This document shows, piece after piece, positions 50,873 through 64,000 of a stretch of 64,000 nt of DNA. A program made the translations under genes and the position numbers. Position 1 is the stretch's first letter. Every line of letters starts with the position of its first letter. The notes beneath the pieces are model-generated. The model had not been told where the DNA came from. It saw nothing but the letters and a program-made list of their open reading frames with translations, and ran no database searches. Source of the DNA: Callorhinchus milii (taxonomy: Eukaryota); assembly GCF_018977255.1 (NCBI RefSeq), contig NW_024704743.1:30320001-30384000 (forward strand). The letters run 5' to 3'.

Positions 50873-53800
50873 AAAGACATAGCAAGAGAATCACAATTTT
50901 TTATGCACTAAGTGTAAGTTTGAGCTCTGTATCAAATATACTATTGGAGTCTAACTTATCTATATCCTTCAGGATCTGGGAGAAAATCTAATTGAATTCA
51001 CACTTATGATAAATTCTGCAGGCTTATTTAGTAACAAGTTGTATATGCAGTATATGAATATAAACTTGTCATTCTGTATATTTAGTTATATTAGGATCTA
51101 AAGTACAATGATTTAAACCAGGATTCCTAAATTAACAAAACTCATTTAAAATTGTCCCGTTTTAAACCCCATTGCATTTGGACTGAAATTTTGATTCTCA
51201 AAGTCTGCCTAGTTTGGGGCAATTCAGCCTGGCGTCTTTCTGCATATCACACAAGAAGCAATGATTATTCAGTCACTGGAACATTACAATATAAGAGCAG
51301 GAGCCGTTTATTATTCAGTGAACGAACCCTGCATTGGAAATGATTCTAATTGTGTGTGTAATTTAGACAGCTTGGATCCAGTAATGGCTTCATTTAGAGG
51401 TTCAAACGGGGATGCAATTAAGAAAAATGATCATTCCATTGCTTCATCAAAGTCCCTGCCTCTCATTAAATCCCTTAAGTGTACACATTATACATAGTAT
51501 TTGACATACGTACAGTCATTAGACTTCCAAAAGCCATCGGGATGTTCATAAGAAAAACTCACAGCAACCTTCCACCTGACAATTGAAATGACATCTCTCA
51601 TTGCTATGTCTCATTGATATATACTCTTATATTATAGCACTGCTCACCACCTTAAGATGACACTAAAATTGGTCCTTCCTTCAGCAGACCAACCTTTATG
51701 GTTTTGCGATCAAATTCATCATGTTTTTATTTCAGACAAAATGTAATCCTGGAAGGATTAACTTGATTTATGATCTCGTTTGGGACCACGCCACATGTGC
51801 TCCATAGCTGTGTTTAATTCTGCAGGTGTCAGTGGTCACTCTGTATCTAATATGCAACAGAAGCTCTGCCTCAGCCATCTCATGAGAATGGAGCAGGAGG
51901 AGGGAAGGGATTTGTTTGCCTGAACAGTCACAGTCCAATAAAAAAGGCTATAATTAAGCACCAGCTTGCCTTTGAGTAAAAGAAGCTTTGAAATAACAGC
52001 AAATGGTAAACTGAGCTCCCAAAGAACACGGTATGTCACAATAATACATTTGCCAGCCGATTTCACTTGACAGTTCGGTCTGTAATAGCAGTTTGTCCAA
52101 ATAATAACGTTCACTTTTTATTTTTGCATAACATAAGTGGTGAAAGAAATGCTCCACTGCCCCCACCCCCCATCACCTCAGTTAACAGAAATCAGAACTG
52201 TGAACTCTTCAGGTGTTAAAACATGGTGCCTCAGTACAATGTAACTTCACCTCGGAGCTTTACCTTCACCTCCAGGCTTTACTTAGAAGAGTAAATACAT
52301 TTTAACCATTATTTTAGAATGTGTTGTCTTGTATAATGTATTTGAACTCATTTTCAAATGTTTTTACAGTTAAAAGACAAATATGCAATGATCTTTTCCA
52401 TTGAGCCACAGTGGGGCCTCTACGTATCATAAAACTTAATTGATAACAGGCACAGAACTACATGAAACGGTAGCTTCAATGGATGACACTTGACCCATTT
52501 AATAAGTGAAGGCCTTAACACAGCATTGTGGTGTCGCTTTATTGCACTGAGCTTTATGTGGCTGGGAGTCATTGAACTGGTAGTAAAACAAATCTTCCAT
52601 CACTGCTGCCTCCAATGCAGAAGTGCCCATACCATCACTTTCTGCTTGATGGCATTCCGTTGCGCACCCGAGGCATCTGGTATGAGTCTTTTGAAAATAA
52701 TCAATTTATAAAATTGAGGCAGGTTCTCTGGAGAGAGAAAAAATAAACAGCGACTTGAGGGAATACGATTGGCATCAACTGTTACATTACAGATTTATAT
52801 ACAAGTCATGATGATTTATAGGATCGAGATGGGCCAGTGAAGGTCAAGAAGTCAAGAAAAGCAGAACAAACTAGAGAAGACAGGTGGCCAGAGGACTAGG
52901 AGAGGGATGCAGCTCGGAGGAATAGACAATAGGGACAGGCCTATGGAATCTGAACTCAACTTATTTCTGATGCTTCCAAAGGGTTAAATCCACTTGACAC
53001 CAAGAGACTCGTTTTTGCACTTTCACAAAATATGCTATGCAGTTTCTGTTGACCAACGCTTTGTCAGATGGTTGGAAAGGAACATTTTAAGAGATGAATT
53101 CCAATGTTTTCTCTTTAAATTGGACTAATTGGATCCTGTTTATTTGCTAGACTTTGTGCAGTTTAGACCAATGTGTCTAAAGGAGGCACCTACTGCATGC
53201 CAGTGTTAGAGTAACAAGCACATCAGGCTCGACCTATATCTAATGCATGTCAGTAGGGTAACAATGGCAGCTAAAGTTAAAGCTGAATCAGATATAGAGA
53301 ATAGAAAGGCGATAGAATTTAATTTAAATTATTTCTTAATAAGATTCACGAATAAGGAATCCGAGTAATGTAAATGGGGATTTCTTCGGGTAATTGGGAA
53401 TACTTCACATGGTCTATTTCTGGAGTGGCATTCCTGTGGGAATTGGAATTCTAATGGAATTCAGTATTAAGGAATCTCATTGAGAAATACTGTAAATTAG
53501 ACCCAGAGTTCATAACATGGATCACAACTTTCCTATGTAGAATATTATGATCTGCCCATGACTGGAACTGGAAATGTTAAAACTAACCTAAGGGCATTGT
53601 AATCAATACAAAGTTTGAAAGACATGGCTTAAAATGGGACAATGTGGGGAACGCTGTACCACAAATTACTGGGATGTGGGTTAGCATTCACTATTCACAC
53701 ACGATGCGTTCCTGATTCTGGACATGTCATCCTTTTGAGTTAATCCCCCTGAGTGACATTTACAGCGGTTTTATCTGTCTTGGAGGGTGATTAATTGAAA

Positions 53801-54454
53801 TTATACAGACGGGATGAACAATGGGCACTAGTGTTTTACCACTGAGTGACATCAAGTCTAATAGCTCACAAGAACCACAGAAGTTACATCTGCAGGAACC
53901 TGGACTGAGGCTGCCAGAATTCATTGCTCTAGTGGCCCAGTCAAAAAAAGGATCTTAATCCCCCTATGTCTGTATTTAATTCAAACCAAGGTCCTGAGGG
54001 TGAAAGGTCAGTATTTTTCTAATTCAGCATACTGGCCAGCCACCATAATTCTTCTGAGCTGCATTCACTGCTGAAACTCTGACAAGTGTGCAGGCAAGTA
54101 AACTGTGGGGTTATTTGCAATACTGAGAATGTATTCTGCTCTGTGCATTGACCAGTAGGTGGTAAAGATCCTTTGTCCGACCAGCCATTGTCCATAACCA
54201 TCAGTCTGACTAAGAACTGATCAGAAGAGCACAGTCCGGTCCTCACACTGTGCACCAGGCAGCAGGATGTGACTTGAACCCAAATTGCTGATCAAGATGA
54301 TCAGATACAGATTGCTTTCAAAAAGCCCAAATTTGGCCCGTGACAGACCAATTCAGATTAAGAAACATTTCAATTTTTTTGAACAAAAGAATTATTTCAA
54401 AGTTTTGCTTTGTATCCTTTTACACATCTTGCAAGCCTTCCTCCCTCTAAAATA

Positions 54455-54840
54455 ATAATCAGAATAATTTGGTATAGCACTTTTCATGTCATGGGGACAT
54501 CTCAATGCACTTCACAACACACACTGTAAAGTGTAGTGTTTGTGTATTTGTAGGTGAATGCTTCAGCGAATTTTATGCACAGCAATGTCCCACAAACAGC
54601 CATGAAATGAATGATCAATTTTATCTGTAAGTTTGTTGTGGGCCAGAAAAATATCCCTTCTCTTTATAAATAGTGCCATGGTATCTTTACCATCCACCTG
54701 CACAGGCAGACAGGAACTTTTAACATCTCATCTGAGGGCCTGCACTGGAATGTCGGCCTGAACTATGAGCTCAAAGTCCTGATGTGGGACATGCACTTAC
54801 ACCCACGGACCCAGATACAAGAGCGCCAACATGTACCGAA
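54455..54840 (-). mobile_element. Old DeuSINE-like element
   Basis: aatagtgccatggtatctttaccatccacctg..tttaacatctcatctga..ctgcactggaatgtcggcct. Confidence 0.65.
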
Positions 54841-55120
54841 TAGCCAATATGTTATATCACAAATTTTGTACAAAATTATTTCAACCCTTAGTAGAGGCAA
54901 CACTGCAGGGAAAAAGTTGCAGAAAGATGTCATTGGAAGCACTCTAATAAATTTAGCGCCCGGTTGAAATGAATGTTTTTGTTACTTACCTTGTGTATTC
55001 TTAAATAGAATTTAGGATGAGTAGCTGGAGCCCCTAGTGATGTTTGTGAATGATCAGGCCAGTTGCTTATTCATCGTGTACCTTGCGTATACTGTAATAC
55101 TACCTCATTTTTGATATTGT

Positions 55121-55334
55121 GGAGTTCCGTAGCTCAGTGGTTAGAACACTCGCCTTGCAAACGAGAGGGCCTGGGTTCGATTTCCGGGCAGGGCAAAACC
55201 TTAGACAAGTTTCCTTACTCCACACACCTCTGTTTACCTAACAGTAAATAGGAATCCAGTTGTTAGTCGATTTACGAATTGCTTTTCCGAGGTGATAAGG
55301 CGTTGTATCTAATGCAAGGTTTATTATTATTATT
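55121..55334 (+). mobile_element. Long-form SINE with core deleted
   Basis: Head plus long-form segment joined directly to the tail. Confidence 0.8.
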
Positions 55335-57368
55335 AGGATAAATATTATTATTATGATTATTATTATTTATCTCCATTGTCCTTACTGTTGCAATCTTTTC
55401 ATTTGGCAGTCTGACTTGATTGGTCGCACTCCACCTTTAGTTTGGGGGTTCAAGCCCATATGATATTTTTCAAGGTGCTGTCTTTCAGGTGAGACGCTAA
55501 ACTGAGGTCCCATCTATTCGTTCAAAAGTGGACATTCCATGACACTAATTAAAAAGAGAAAGAGTTTCTCCTGGTGTCGTTCATCTCATGGCTGTTTATG
55601 GAACCTTGTTGTGCACAAATACTCCCATATTTCGGTTCGGCACTCAACTGTGATAAGATGTTATCCTGCTTGATATATAAATGTATATAAATATAAATTC
55701 AATGCTCTGTATAAATGCAAGTTGTTGTTGCTGCTGTGTTTCTCTACAGAAATGGTCAATACACTTGACAACAACAACAACTTGAAGTCATATAAGCCCT
55801 TCACGCAGGATAGCTTCTTGGAGTGCTTAACAGTAATTACTTGTGCAGCACTTTTACGATACTTAGAATCAAAAAGCAGTAGAAAAAAAGCACTATTTAT
55901 TCATTGCTTTCACATTGTGTGACAAGCAAAAAAAAACATTATATTTTGCAGCAATTTACCATGTGATTCGTATGTTATTTTGCAGATAGGATAATGGGAA
56001 GCCAATTGTAAACGTAACCATGAATGTACATACACCCTGAAATCCAAGTCTAATTTATTTGCCTCTCTCCACACACCCTATACCAATAAATATCCTTTAT
56101 TTTTATCTACTGCATTGGGGTGTCTGTAGGTATGGTCTGTGGCCACCCATCACCTCGTGGTCTGGTGCTGGAGTACAATGCCTCTTGAACTCAATAAGTA
56201 TGATAAGGCACCAGTGTCAAAGAACAAAATGACAGGGGATAAAGAATAAAGGTATGCCAAGAGGAGTGGTGAGCCTAGAACTCTATACCTATTGTCAGCG
56301 TATTACCATTCAAGCTGCATCTGCTCTTTTTGCAGGGGATTTACACACCAAAAACAAACACGCTAATCCAGAATGTTAAATATTTTATGATAAACTTGAT
56401 TTTCTTTCACACAGTTACAATAGTAAATAGATCTGTACTCCTCTTATTTGTGGCAGCCTTCTGTCTACTCTTTGCTCCCTGTAGCAGCATAATAAAAAGC
56501 TCTGAACATTGTTATCGACAACACCCACCAGTCCATGCTTTTCCCATCAAGTAATTCTTAAACTTCTCATTTCCCTGGCAATATAGAAGGGGAAAAGGGT
56601 TTGAAAAATGAATAAGCCGTGTATTTTCAGTGCTCTAATGACTTACACTAATGTATTGCTTCATTTAAACACAGTTTTCTATTTAAAATTCAGTATGCAT
56701 TGATATTATAAATTCTGATTTAATGGATTCCAAATAATTGCCCTTTTAGAAAGATGAATGGCTGTTTAACGCTAGTGATAAGGCACGACTGTTCTTCTCC
56801 CAACAATGGCCCTTCTAAAGCAGTGTGCTGGACATGTTTTGAATTATTTTATTAATTTTTTTATTGATATGCAAAACACAAGCCTATGGCAGATGGCAAA
56901 TACCCCCGAACAAGAGACGCTTAACACTGCAGTGAGAAACGATAAGGAATCATTTTCATTAAGAGGGACAAAAATGGGCCACTGAGATGCAGATGCTTAT
57001 CTGCTTATTTGTACTTGATATTTTTTTAAAAGATATTGTTGGCAGGCTCTCGGTAACTGTTGTTAAAACAGCGTGCGTTTGCAAAACTCTTCACTCTCAG
57101 AACTTTGTTAAATTCCATGTCCATAATCCTTGGCTGCAGCCGAGTTAGTCTTCAGCTTTCCCCAAAGGCTATGCTGGTCACCCTCTTCCCAGGGGCCTTT
57201 TATTCTGTCTGTAGGCTGGGCTGCACTGTGCACACACCACCAGTACTCAAGAAAGAATGGGGCTTCTGTCCATGCGATTGCTTGCATATTGCATCCATTG
57301 CACTATTCAGCCTGGCTTTTCAGCAGCGCTCATTGGCATACAACTTTGCCTTTGTGTTCCTTTGGCAG

Positions 57369-57399
57369 GACTTTTCTGAAGCCAGACACTTTGTAAAGA
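57369..57399 (+). other. Candidate 31-nt exon
   Basis: Acceptor actttgcctttgtgttcctttggcag and donor GA|gtgagt; one open frame, DFSEARHFVK. Confidence 0.28.
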
Positions 57400-57779
57400 G
57401 TGAGTATGTGCTGAAACAATGCAATGGAAGGAGGCTAAAAGCCCGAATCAAAACTCACTGATGCAAACCTACTCAGTCAATTCATTTCATTCTCTGGCAG
57501 CCATCTCGGAGTATAGATACCATCTGTATGCAAAAAGAAAAGAAACGTGAATTCTGTTCAATCAATCCTCGCTATATATCAGCCAGTTAGTGAAAAGCTC
57601 AAACTATACCACTAGACATAGAGGGAATTATTTATATTTGTGTTCAATAAGGAAAATATTCAATGCTAAATAATAAATGTATGTTAACCCAGATGGAAGG
57701 CCTGTCATGCACTGGTTCACATGTAACCCAGATTAGGTTTGCATTTTGAGCTCATATAAATGCACACTGGAAATGTGAG

Positions 57780-57789
57780 CTGTCAATCA
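57780..57789 (-). promoter_or_regulatory. PBX-MEIS/PKNOX decamer TGATTGACAG
   Basis: Exact CTGTCAATCA in a repeat-poor region. Confidence 0.35.
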
Positions 57790-58341
57790 GTTTGTAGAGA
57801 TTACAAGCTAGCGCTGGCTCGGCAGTGTCAGGAGCTTTATTCAAGCCATGGGTGGTATGAGGTGCCACAGATGTAAAAGGCAGACAAGCAGTAACATACT
57901 CTTTTTTTAATCATGAAACCAACAGTCTGAAAGACCAAACTAATGCATCAATCTAAAAACCCATTAATGTACCTGGTTGTGCTTTTACTGGTATTTTATG
58001 AATTGTAATTCTAGATCTGAAGTGCGAGGCACAGTTCCACCTTTAGAAAATGAGATCTGGAAATGTTACTGACTTCATACGTGGACATACTTTAGAAACG
58101 TGTGCTGTGCGATGTCAATGTGGAGGTCAGGGGGTCAATTTGAATCTGGGCTAAAGAACCAAGCCTGCTTGATTGAATTTTTACTTGTCGCCATGGTTTT
58201 GTCCCTCAAAGAATTAATCTTCCTAATGTTTGACTATTTCCTCATGGTTTCCATTACTCTAAGAGTTTGAGGCATTGATTATCAACCTTTTGCCTGCTGT
58301 AAACATATCAGATAAAGATGGTGGCTACAATATGTGGTTAG

Positions 58342-58457
58342 AAGATTACTATTGCAGCAACACATCATCAGTGAGGTGAGACTAACCTGTCTCACAAGGT
58401 CTAATCCCATCTCACGTTACCTATTAGCGGGTGAACAATCCAACGCTTGGTGAATTT
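58342..58457 (-). pseudogene. Degenerate 28S rRNA fragment (domain V, A-loop region)
   Basis: Minus strand reads AATTCACCAAGCGTTGGATTGTTCACCCGCTAATAGGTAACGTGAGATGGGATTAGACC..GTGAGACAGGTTAGT..CTGATGATGTGTTG, matching conserved eukaryotic 28S with scattered substitutions. Confidence 0.9.
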
Positions 58458-58694
58458 CTCTAAAATATGTTGCCTGTAACATCTGTCTATTTTGTGTACG
58501 AAGCAGTCTGCTTCAACTTAAACCCCTCAATTCTCCAGAAATAAATCTGAAAGATGGCGAGCTGGGAAGGAGACAATGAAAATGTGCAAGGGCACTAACC
58601 TTAGAGAGAACATGGAATATCATTCTCCACATGGATGCTGGAATTTCACAGTAGAAATCATTCGTGAATCATGTAACACCAACACATGACAGAG

Positions 58695-58973
58695 GTCAAA
58701 CTATGTCTGAGTCTAGACAGTGAGTGTCAAACTGTGTCTGAGTCCAGACAGGGAATGTCAAACTATGTCTGAGTCCAGACAGTGAGTGTCAAACTGTGTC
58801 TGAGTCCAGACAGTGAGTGTCAAACTGTGTCTGAGTTTAGACAGTGAGTGTCAAACTGTGTCTGAGTCTAGACAGTGAGTATCAAACTGTGTCTGAGTCT
58901 AGACAATGAATGTCAAACTGTGTCTGAGTCCAGACAGTGAGGGTCAAACTGTTTCTGAGTCCAGACAGTGTGT
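58695..58973. repeat. Minisatellite, 9 x 31 bp
   Basis: Unit gtcaaactgtgtctgagtccagacagtgagt in exact 31-bp register from 58695 to 58943. Confidence 0.95.
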
Positions 58974-59469
58974 TGTAGCACTCCCATCATCACCAGGGCT
59001 GAGGTATGCTAACTCACTGAAGACAAGAATTAAGACCAATGGTCTTTCTGGACTATATGACTGGAGCACAATTCACCCTTTCAGGTTTCAAAAGGAAGTC
59101 TTAATCATATCTCCACATTAAAACTATTGAGGCTGTCAAAATGAAAAACACACTGCTGTCCGTGGCAAAATTAATAAAATAAATCTCTAAATAAACTAGA
59201 GGACTTATCAATAAGATCAAGTATAAAGAACAGTCTGTTCGTCCCATAAACTGTCATATTTAGTGTGGGCAGATTATGATGTACAGGAGGCTATGAAAAT
59301 GATCTACAAGACAGGGCAGTCCTTCACTTAAGGAAAGCGTAAGGTTAGGATTAAGACATTTGGATTTAATGATGGATACTTTATGAAAATCTAGTAGAAT
59401 GAAAATTTACAGAAAGGGAGAAAAAGTTGGGAACTAACCCAATAAGTAAACTCCCTATAGTTCCTATCA

Positions 59470-60520
59470 TATAATCCATTGGTGTACGCTTTCCAGGCGG
59501 GAGAGCACACAAGACTCTAAAGATCCTAATTGAAAGAAGATTTCCCTGAGGAACGAAACAAGATCAGAGTTATCCCCGAACAATAACACATTTATATTCT
59601 GGTGTGGAGATGTGTCCAGATAGAATGGAGTAAATTCAAACCAGATGGCCATACAGTAATAGGAGTAAGCTCTGTGTGCGGCTGCCTTGTGACATTGGTT
59701 AGTAACACCTGATTGACGAGAAATGTGGGAAGTAAAAAGCGAAGGGTTTTTGTCATCTAGGTCGTCATAATGGCATTCTGATACATGGGACAGATGGGTA
59801 AGGTGGTGACATGAGATGAACCTTGACCTTACTGTCATTTCACTAAAGAGACATTGGATTAGAATAATGAGCACCAGAGCCATTGGATCAGAATACGAGG
59901 CTCTGATACCTACAGCAGAAGTTTGCTAAGTTAGCTCAGTGATGAATTCGTATCCACTCTAGGATCTGGGTGGCTAATTGAAATATTTGAACACATCTCA
60001 AGTTGCCCTTACATTCTTGGTTTTCTGGTACTTGCCTGTTGGCTGACAGGACTCCAGGTTGGTGAAAGAGGTTTAAAAGAACTTCTAGGTGGCTGACATG
60101 AAGCTTAATCTTTTGTTGAAACCAGGCTTGAAAGGTAGAGCACCAAAATAAATTATCACAAACACCCTTTGAGGCATCCATCTGCAGAAACAGCAGTGGA
60201 GGAGGAGGGAGAGAGGATTATAGAGAATTAGAGTCCAGATTGGATATTCATCAAAGGAGGTCTGATTTAGCCTCTGGGATATAGAGTCATCCCAAATGAC
60301 CATCTGTTGTTTGGTCTACTATAATGCAGGAGGTGGTTTTCTAAGTTCTACAATACAAGGAAGTTTAAAGGCTAGCCAGGGCCACCAGAATGTTTGCAGA
60401 ATGCAGAACTTGAGCAACTTCCAGCTCAGTAAGGTTGTGGAGAAAAAGAGGATTTGCCATCTCTCTTCTAAGAAGGGGTAGTTGTCCTCCAATTTTCTTT
60501 TATTATACCTCCTCATGGGA
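59470..60520 (-). mobile_element. Probable highly decayed Gypsy integrase region
   Basis: Collinear frameshifted motifs LQTFWWPWL, SGYEFITEL, RFISCHHL and LTP/LYGH resemble FWWP, DRGxEF, FSTAYHP and SPF..LYG. Confidence 0.35.
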
Positions 60521-61042
60521 AGCTACTGCCTCATGCTGGAGTATGCTTCCATAGACATTGGGAACATTCCAATATCTTACTTAAATGGCATTCTCTCTGT
60601 GTAGGTCTAGACAGTGTGTGTGGGTGTGGTTAATGAACTCTGTTGATGTGTGCATTGAGGGGTGAGAGATGGGGGGAAAGACAGGTCTCGCCTTTACTAT
60701 GAATACGTTGAGATATTGATACAGGAAGACACTGGCTTGGCTTTGAATAAAGTGTTGTTCTTGAGAAAAGTTGTATTTTGATCTTTAAAAAGTTCAATTA
60801 GTAAAAATTTTAAAGTAAAAACGTAGATAAACCAGTATGTGCTACTCTTGAAGACATTCGGAACTGCAAACTTGATACCTGAACTGCTACCAATATAAAA
60901 CAGCATTTGATTAATAGTTATGGAAATATTTATTTCCTGTATATTGTGCTATAAAATTATTCTGGGACTCCGAGCATTCCGAGATGCTGACTCTGAGGCA
61001 CTATATAAATGCAGGTCATTGTACTTACCGGCCTGGTCATCC

Positions 61043-61135
61043 TAGAATCATAGAATATTACAGCACAGAAGGAGGCCTTTGGGCCCATCGTATGCCGGCT
61101 CTTTGGAAGAGCTACCCAATCATTCCCACTCCCCC
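61043..61135 (-). mobile_element. CR1-type 3' terminal fragment
   Basis: tagaatcatagaat..acagcacagaaggaggcc..ggcccatcg. Confidence 0.65.
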
Positions 61136-61229
61136 GAAGAAACTTAAGCCACTGCTCAGAGATCAGAAACATCAACCCCAGAATTAAATTCTCACGTCTG
61201 ACCTGTGCCAGAAGCAAGAAATATATGGT

Positions 61230-61930
61230 GGAGTTCTGTAGAGTAATGCTAGGCGCTCTCGCCTCGCAAGCAAGACCTCCTGGGTTCGATTCCTGGTTAG
61301 GGCGAAAACTTAAGCAAGTTTCCTTACTCCACACTCCTCTATTTACATAGCAGTAAGTAGGAACCTGGTTGTTAGTTGATTGGTGGATTATTTCCGGGAT
61401 AATAATCCCTCCAAAACCTCTTTAAAAATTGGTCACTAAATCCATGACTGTTTGTGGTACACTATTCAGCACAATTGGCTCCCACGTTTCGCCCATAAAT
61501 AATAATAATAATAATCCTTGCATTTGATATAGTGCTTTTCACGTCAGGAGGACGTCCCAAAGCGCTTCACAGAACACACTGTAAAGTGAATTGACTGTAT
61601 ATTTGTGGGCGAACACGGCAGCCAATTGCGCACAGCAATGTCCCACAAACAGTCGTAGATTGAAAATGACCAATTTATTATTGTTTTTGGTTTTGGAGGG
61701 ATTATTATTAGGCGTGTGGAGTAAGGAAACTTGCCCAAGGTTTCGCCCTGCCTGGAATTGAACTCAGGTCTCTCGCTTGTAAAGCGAGTGCTCTAACCAC
61801 TGAGCTACAGGACTCCACAAATAACAAATAACGCAAGTCAATCCACTTTATAATATATTCTGTGAAGCACTTTGGGACGTATGAACAATGTAATCAGGCT
61901 CTATATGAAATGGAAGGATTATTATTATTA
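61230..61930 (+). mobile_element. Older long-form SINE split by a young antisense SINE
   Basis: Head to gcccataaat (61500); resumes after 61817 with gtcaatccacttta..gaagcactttggg..(ATT)n. Confidence 0.8.
61497..61816 (-). mobile_element. Young full-length short-form SINE
   Basis: Near-consensus; ends ctacaggactcc. Confidence 0.93.
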
Positions 61931-64000
61931 ATTTAAACAAACACTAATTGCTTTTGTTGCTTTGATTCCAGCCACAGATGTGTTGTTGTGGCTGGAACAG
62001 ATAGCTATTGTCATCCTATCATGAAAAAATTGAAGGTGATGTATCAAAAATCATATTATATAATGTGTTATCTCTCAGTCCAGGTAATAAATGCATTTTG
62101 AAAGGAGCAGATGCCTCGGCCCTGAATGGGGCAATCTAAACCACTTCAGGTTTCTCGTTTGGCTCAGCACACACCCGTAACCTGTAGCCACATTATATAT
62201 ATATATATAGACAGCAACTTGTAATAAAATTGTACTCGCTCCAAGCGGAATTCTGATCCAAACAGAGAATTCCCATGTAGCAAGCCACTCACGTTGTGTG
62301 AAATTTCTGATCCAAGGAAAACATCTTCAAGCATTATCTTTACCCAAACATAACATTGTCCCAAGCTATTCGTTTTCCGCACTCGGCACATTGAAAGTTC
62401 CTAATCTAATACCCAGTCTACTGTAATACTGAAATGCGCATTGGAAGCCAAACCCTTTGCAGAGTTAACATCCACTGCAAAAACACCAGTTATTTCTTTT
62501 TGCAATAATAGCATGGTGTCAGGTTTTAACTCAATTCCAGTTGCAAGGTAATGTTGCAAATTAGCTAACGTTAAAATGTCAATAGAGATCTTGATCTGAG
62601 AATAGTTCTGTCCTAAAGATAAAACCAGAACACTACTGCTGAGTTTATCAGGCAGCATCTATAGTGATCTTAATGAAAGGGGTGGTAAACTGAAGAGTGG
62701 ATCTTTACATTCGTCATCCACCTATAGCAACCACCTGAGGCCAGTTTGATATAAACAATTGTGCAAACATTTGACTTTGCATGATTTTTCTCTCAATGCT
62801 CCAACTTTTTGCCCAGGGTTGTAAGCATTGTGGTAAAATTGATGACATTTCTCAACCCGGGTGCTTCCCAGTGAGACAAAAAAAAACACAGGAAACTATC
62901 TTGATATAGTCAGTTTCCTGAAGTAAACTGTTGGAACATGGTTGTAAACCCGAGTAAGGGGTGTTAAACCAGCGGGATCTTTTATCCCTGAGTTAATACT
63001 TTTTATTTGGTGTTACAACAGTGTTAGAACCACCCACAACAGGAAAGCAAACACAGTATGTCAATTTTCTGAGGGGGAATGGATGCAAACTATGCACTGA
63101 TTACAGGTAACTAAAACAAGTGAAAACCCTCCATCATTTAAGTAAATCGGAACACATTTTTGCGGTGTTTCTTAACACCCATTCCATGCACTAAGTTGCT
63201 GTTAGCACAAGGAACAGGATAGAAACACAACAATCTTTACTGCATTATGTGTTATTCCTCCTTATAATTGCATTTATTCCAATATTTGTTGGTGAAACTA
63301 AAATATAAATTGCAATGTGCAAATTGTTATCATTTGGATTATAAGTGTTGCAGCGCTGCTGGCCAAAGAGCAATGTAGATTACAGTCCTCAGTGGGTAGA
63401 GACTATTTCATACCCACAGCAAGCCTTCTTAATATTCAAGGCCTATTTATAAACATTAATTAAAGTTTGGGAGGCACTTACCTCCATGTTGCAAGTGCCT
63501 TTGCTGAAATCCCTTCTCTGTGATACTCACACTCAGTTTGAGCCCCTCAGTCCTGCAGCCAGAGGGAGAAGCTTACAAAAATGTGGAAGTATGTACTTAT
63601 GAATAATGTTTGAAATTCATTAAAAGATAAAAGACAGGGTTTGAGAAAGTCAGTAGGATATTGGAGATAAGATGGTTTATCTGTATTTTAATGAAAGAAA
63701 ATGTAACTCGAAATAAATTCAAGCTTATTGTATTTATATTTTTGAGTAAGGAACTCAGAGCTTGCCTGGTTTAGAGTTTTTTTATATTTAATATACTTAA
63801 ATGCTGTTAGCCAATGATATCCATTGTAAAGGAATAACGGAATGGTACACATTATATAGAAAACATAATATGGGAAATATAATCACACAAAAAAAGTTAA
63901 ATTGGAGACAGGGGCTATGTTGTAACTGGATTATGGTGATCTTGATTCTGCTCAGGCCTCTGTATTGTGCCATGTCTATGATAAATCTTTTCAGAACAAT

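Noticed and set aside
58695..58973. CRISPR-like array
   Set aside because: Contiguous tandem units with no unique spacers, no cas genes and a vertebrate context
62340..62400. FQCAECGKR zinc-finger or LIM-like peptide on the minus strand
   Set aside because: Bounded by stops, no downstream His/Cys ligands and a weak acceptor

Overview
Repeat-dense vertebrate non-coding DNA, either a large intron or intergenic. It is most likely from a cartilaginous fish, probably a holocephalan such as elephant shark; this is inferred from my recollection of the repeat families, not from a search. No protein-coding gene can be identified, and the ORF track is mostly repeat-derived or noise. The dominant element is a tRNA-Ala(TGC)-headed SINE with a partial Deu-like core and an L2-type 3' tail, present as a young short form and an older long form. 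Also present: older DeuSINE-like copies, L2 and CR1 LINE 3' ends, two non-autonomous hAT-type elements with 8-bp target-site duplications, decayed Gypsy-like and RTE-X-like fragments, a ~115-nt degenerate 28S rRNA piece, a 9x31-bp hairpin-forming minisatellite, several local duplications, and repeat-poor stretches with TALE/Hox/SOX/GATA motifs and a few isolated candidate exons. I found no convincing new biological system. The most testable leads are the nested transposon histories, the 28S fragment next to the minisatellite, and the candidate start exon near 38.9 kb.
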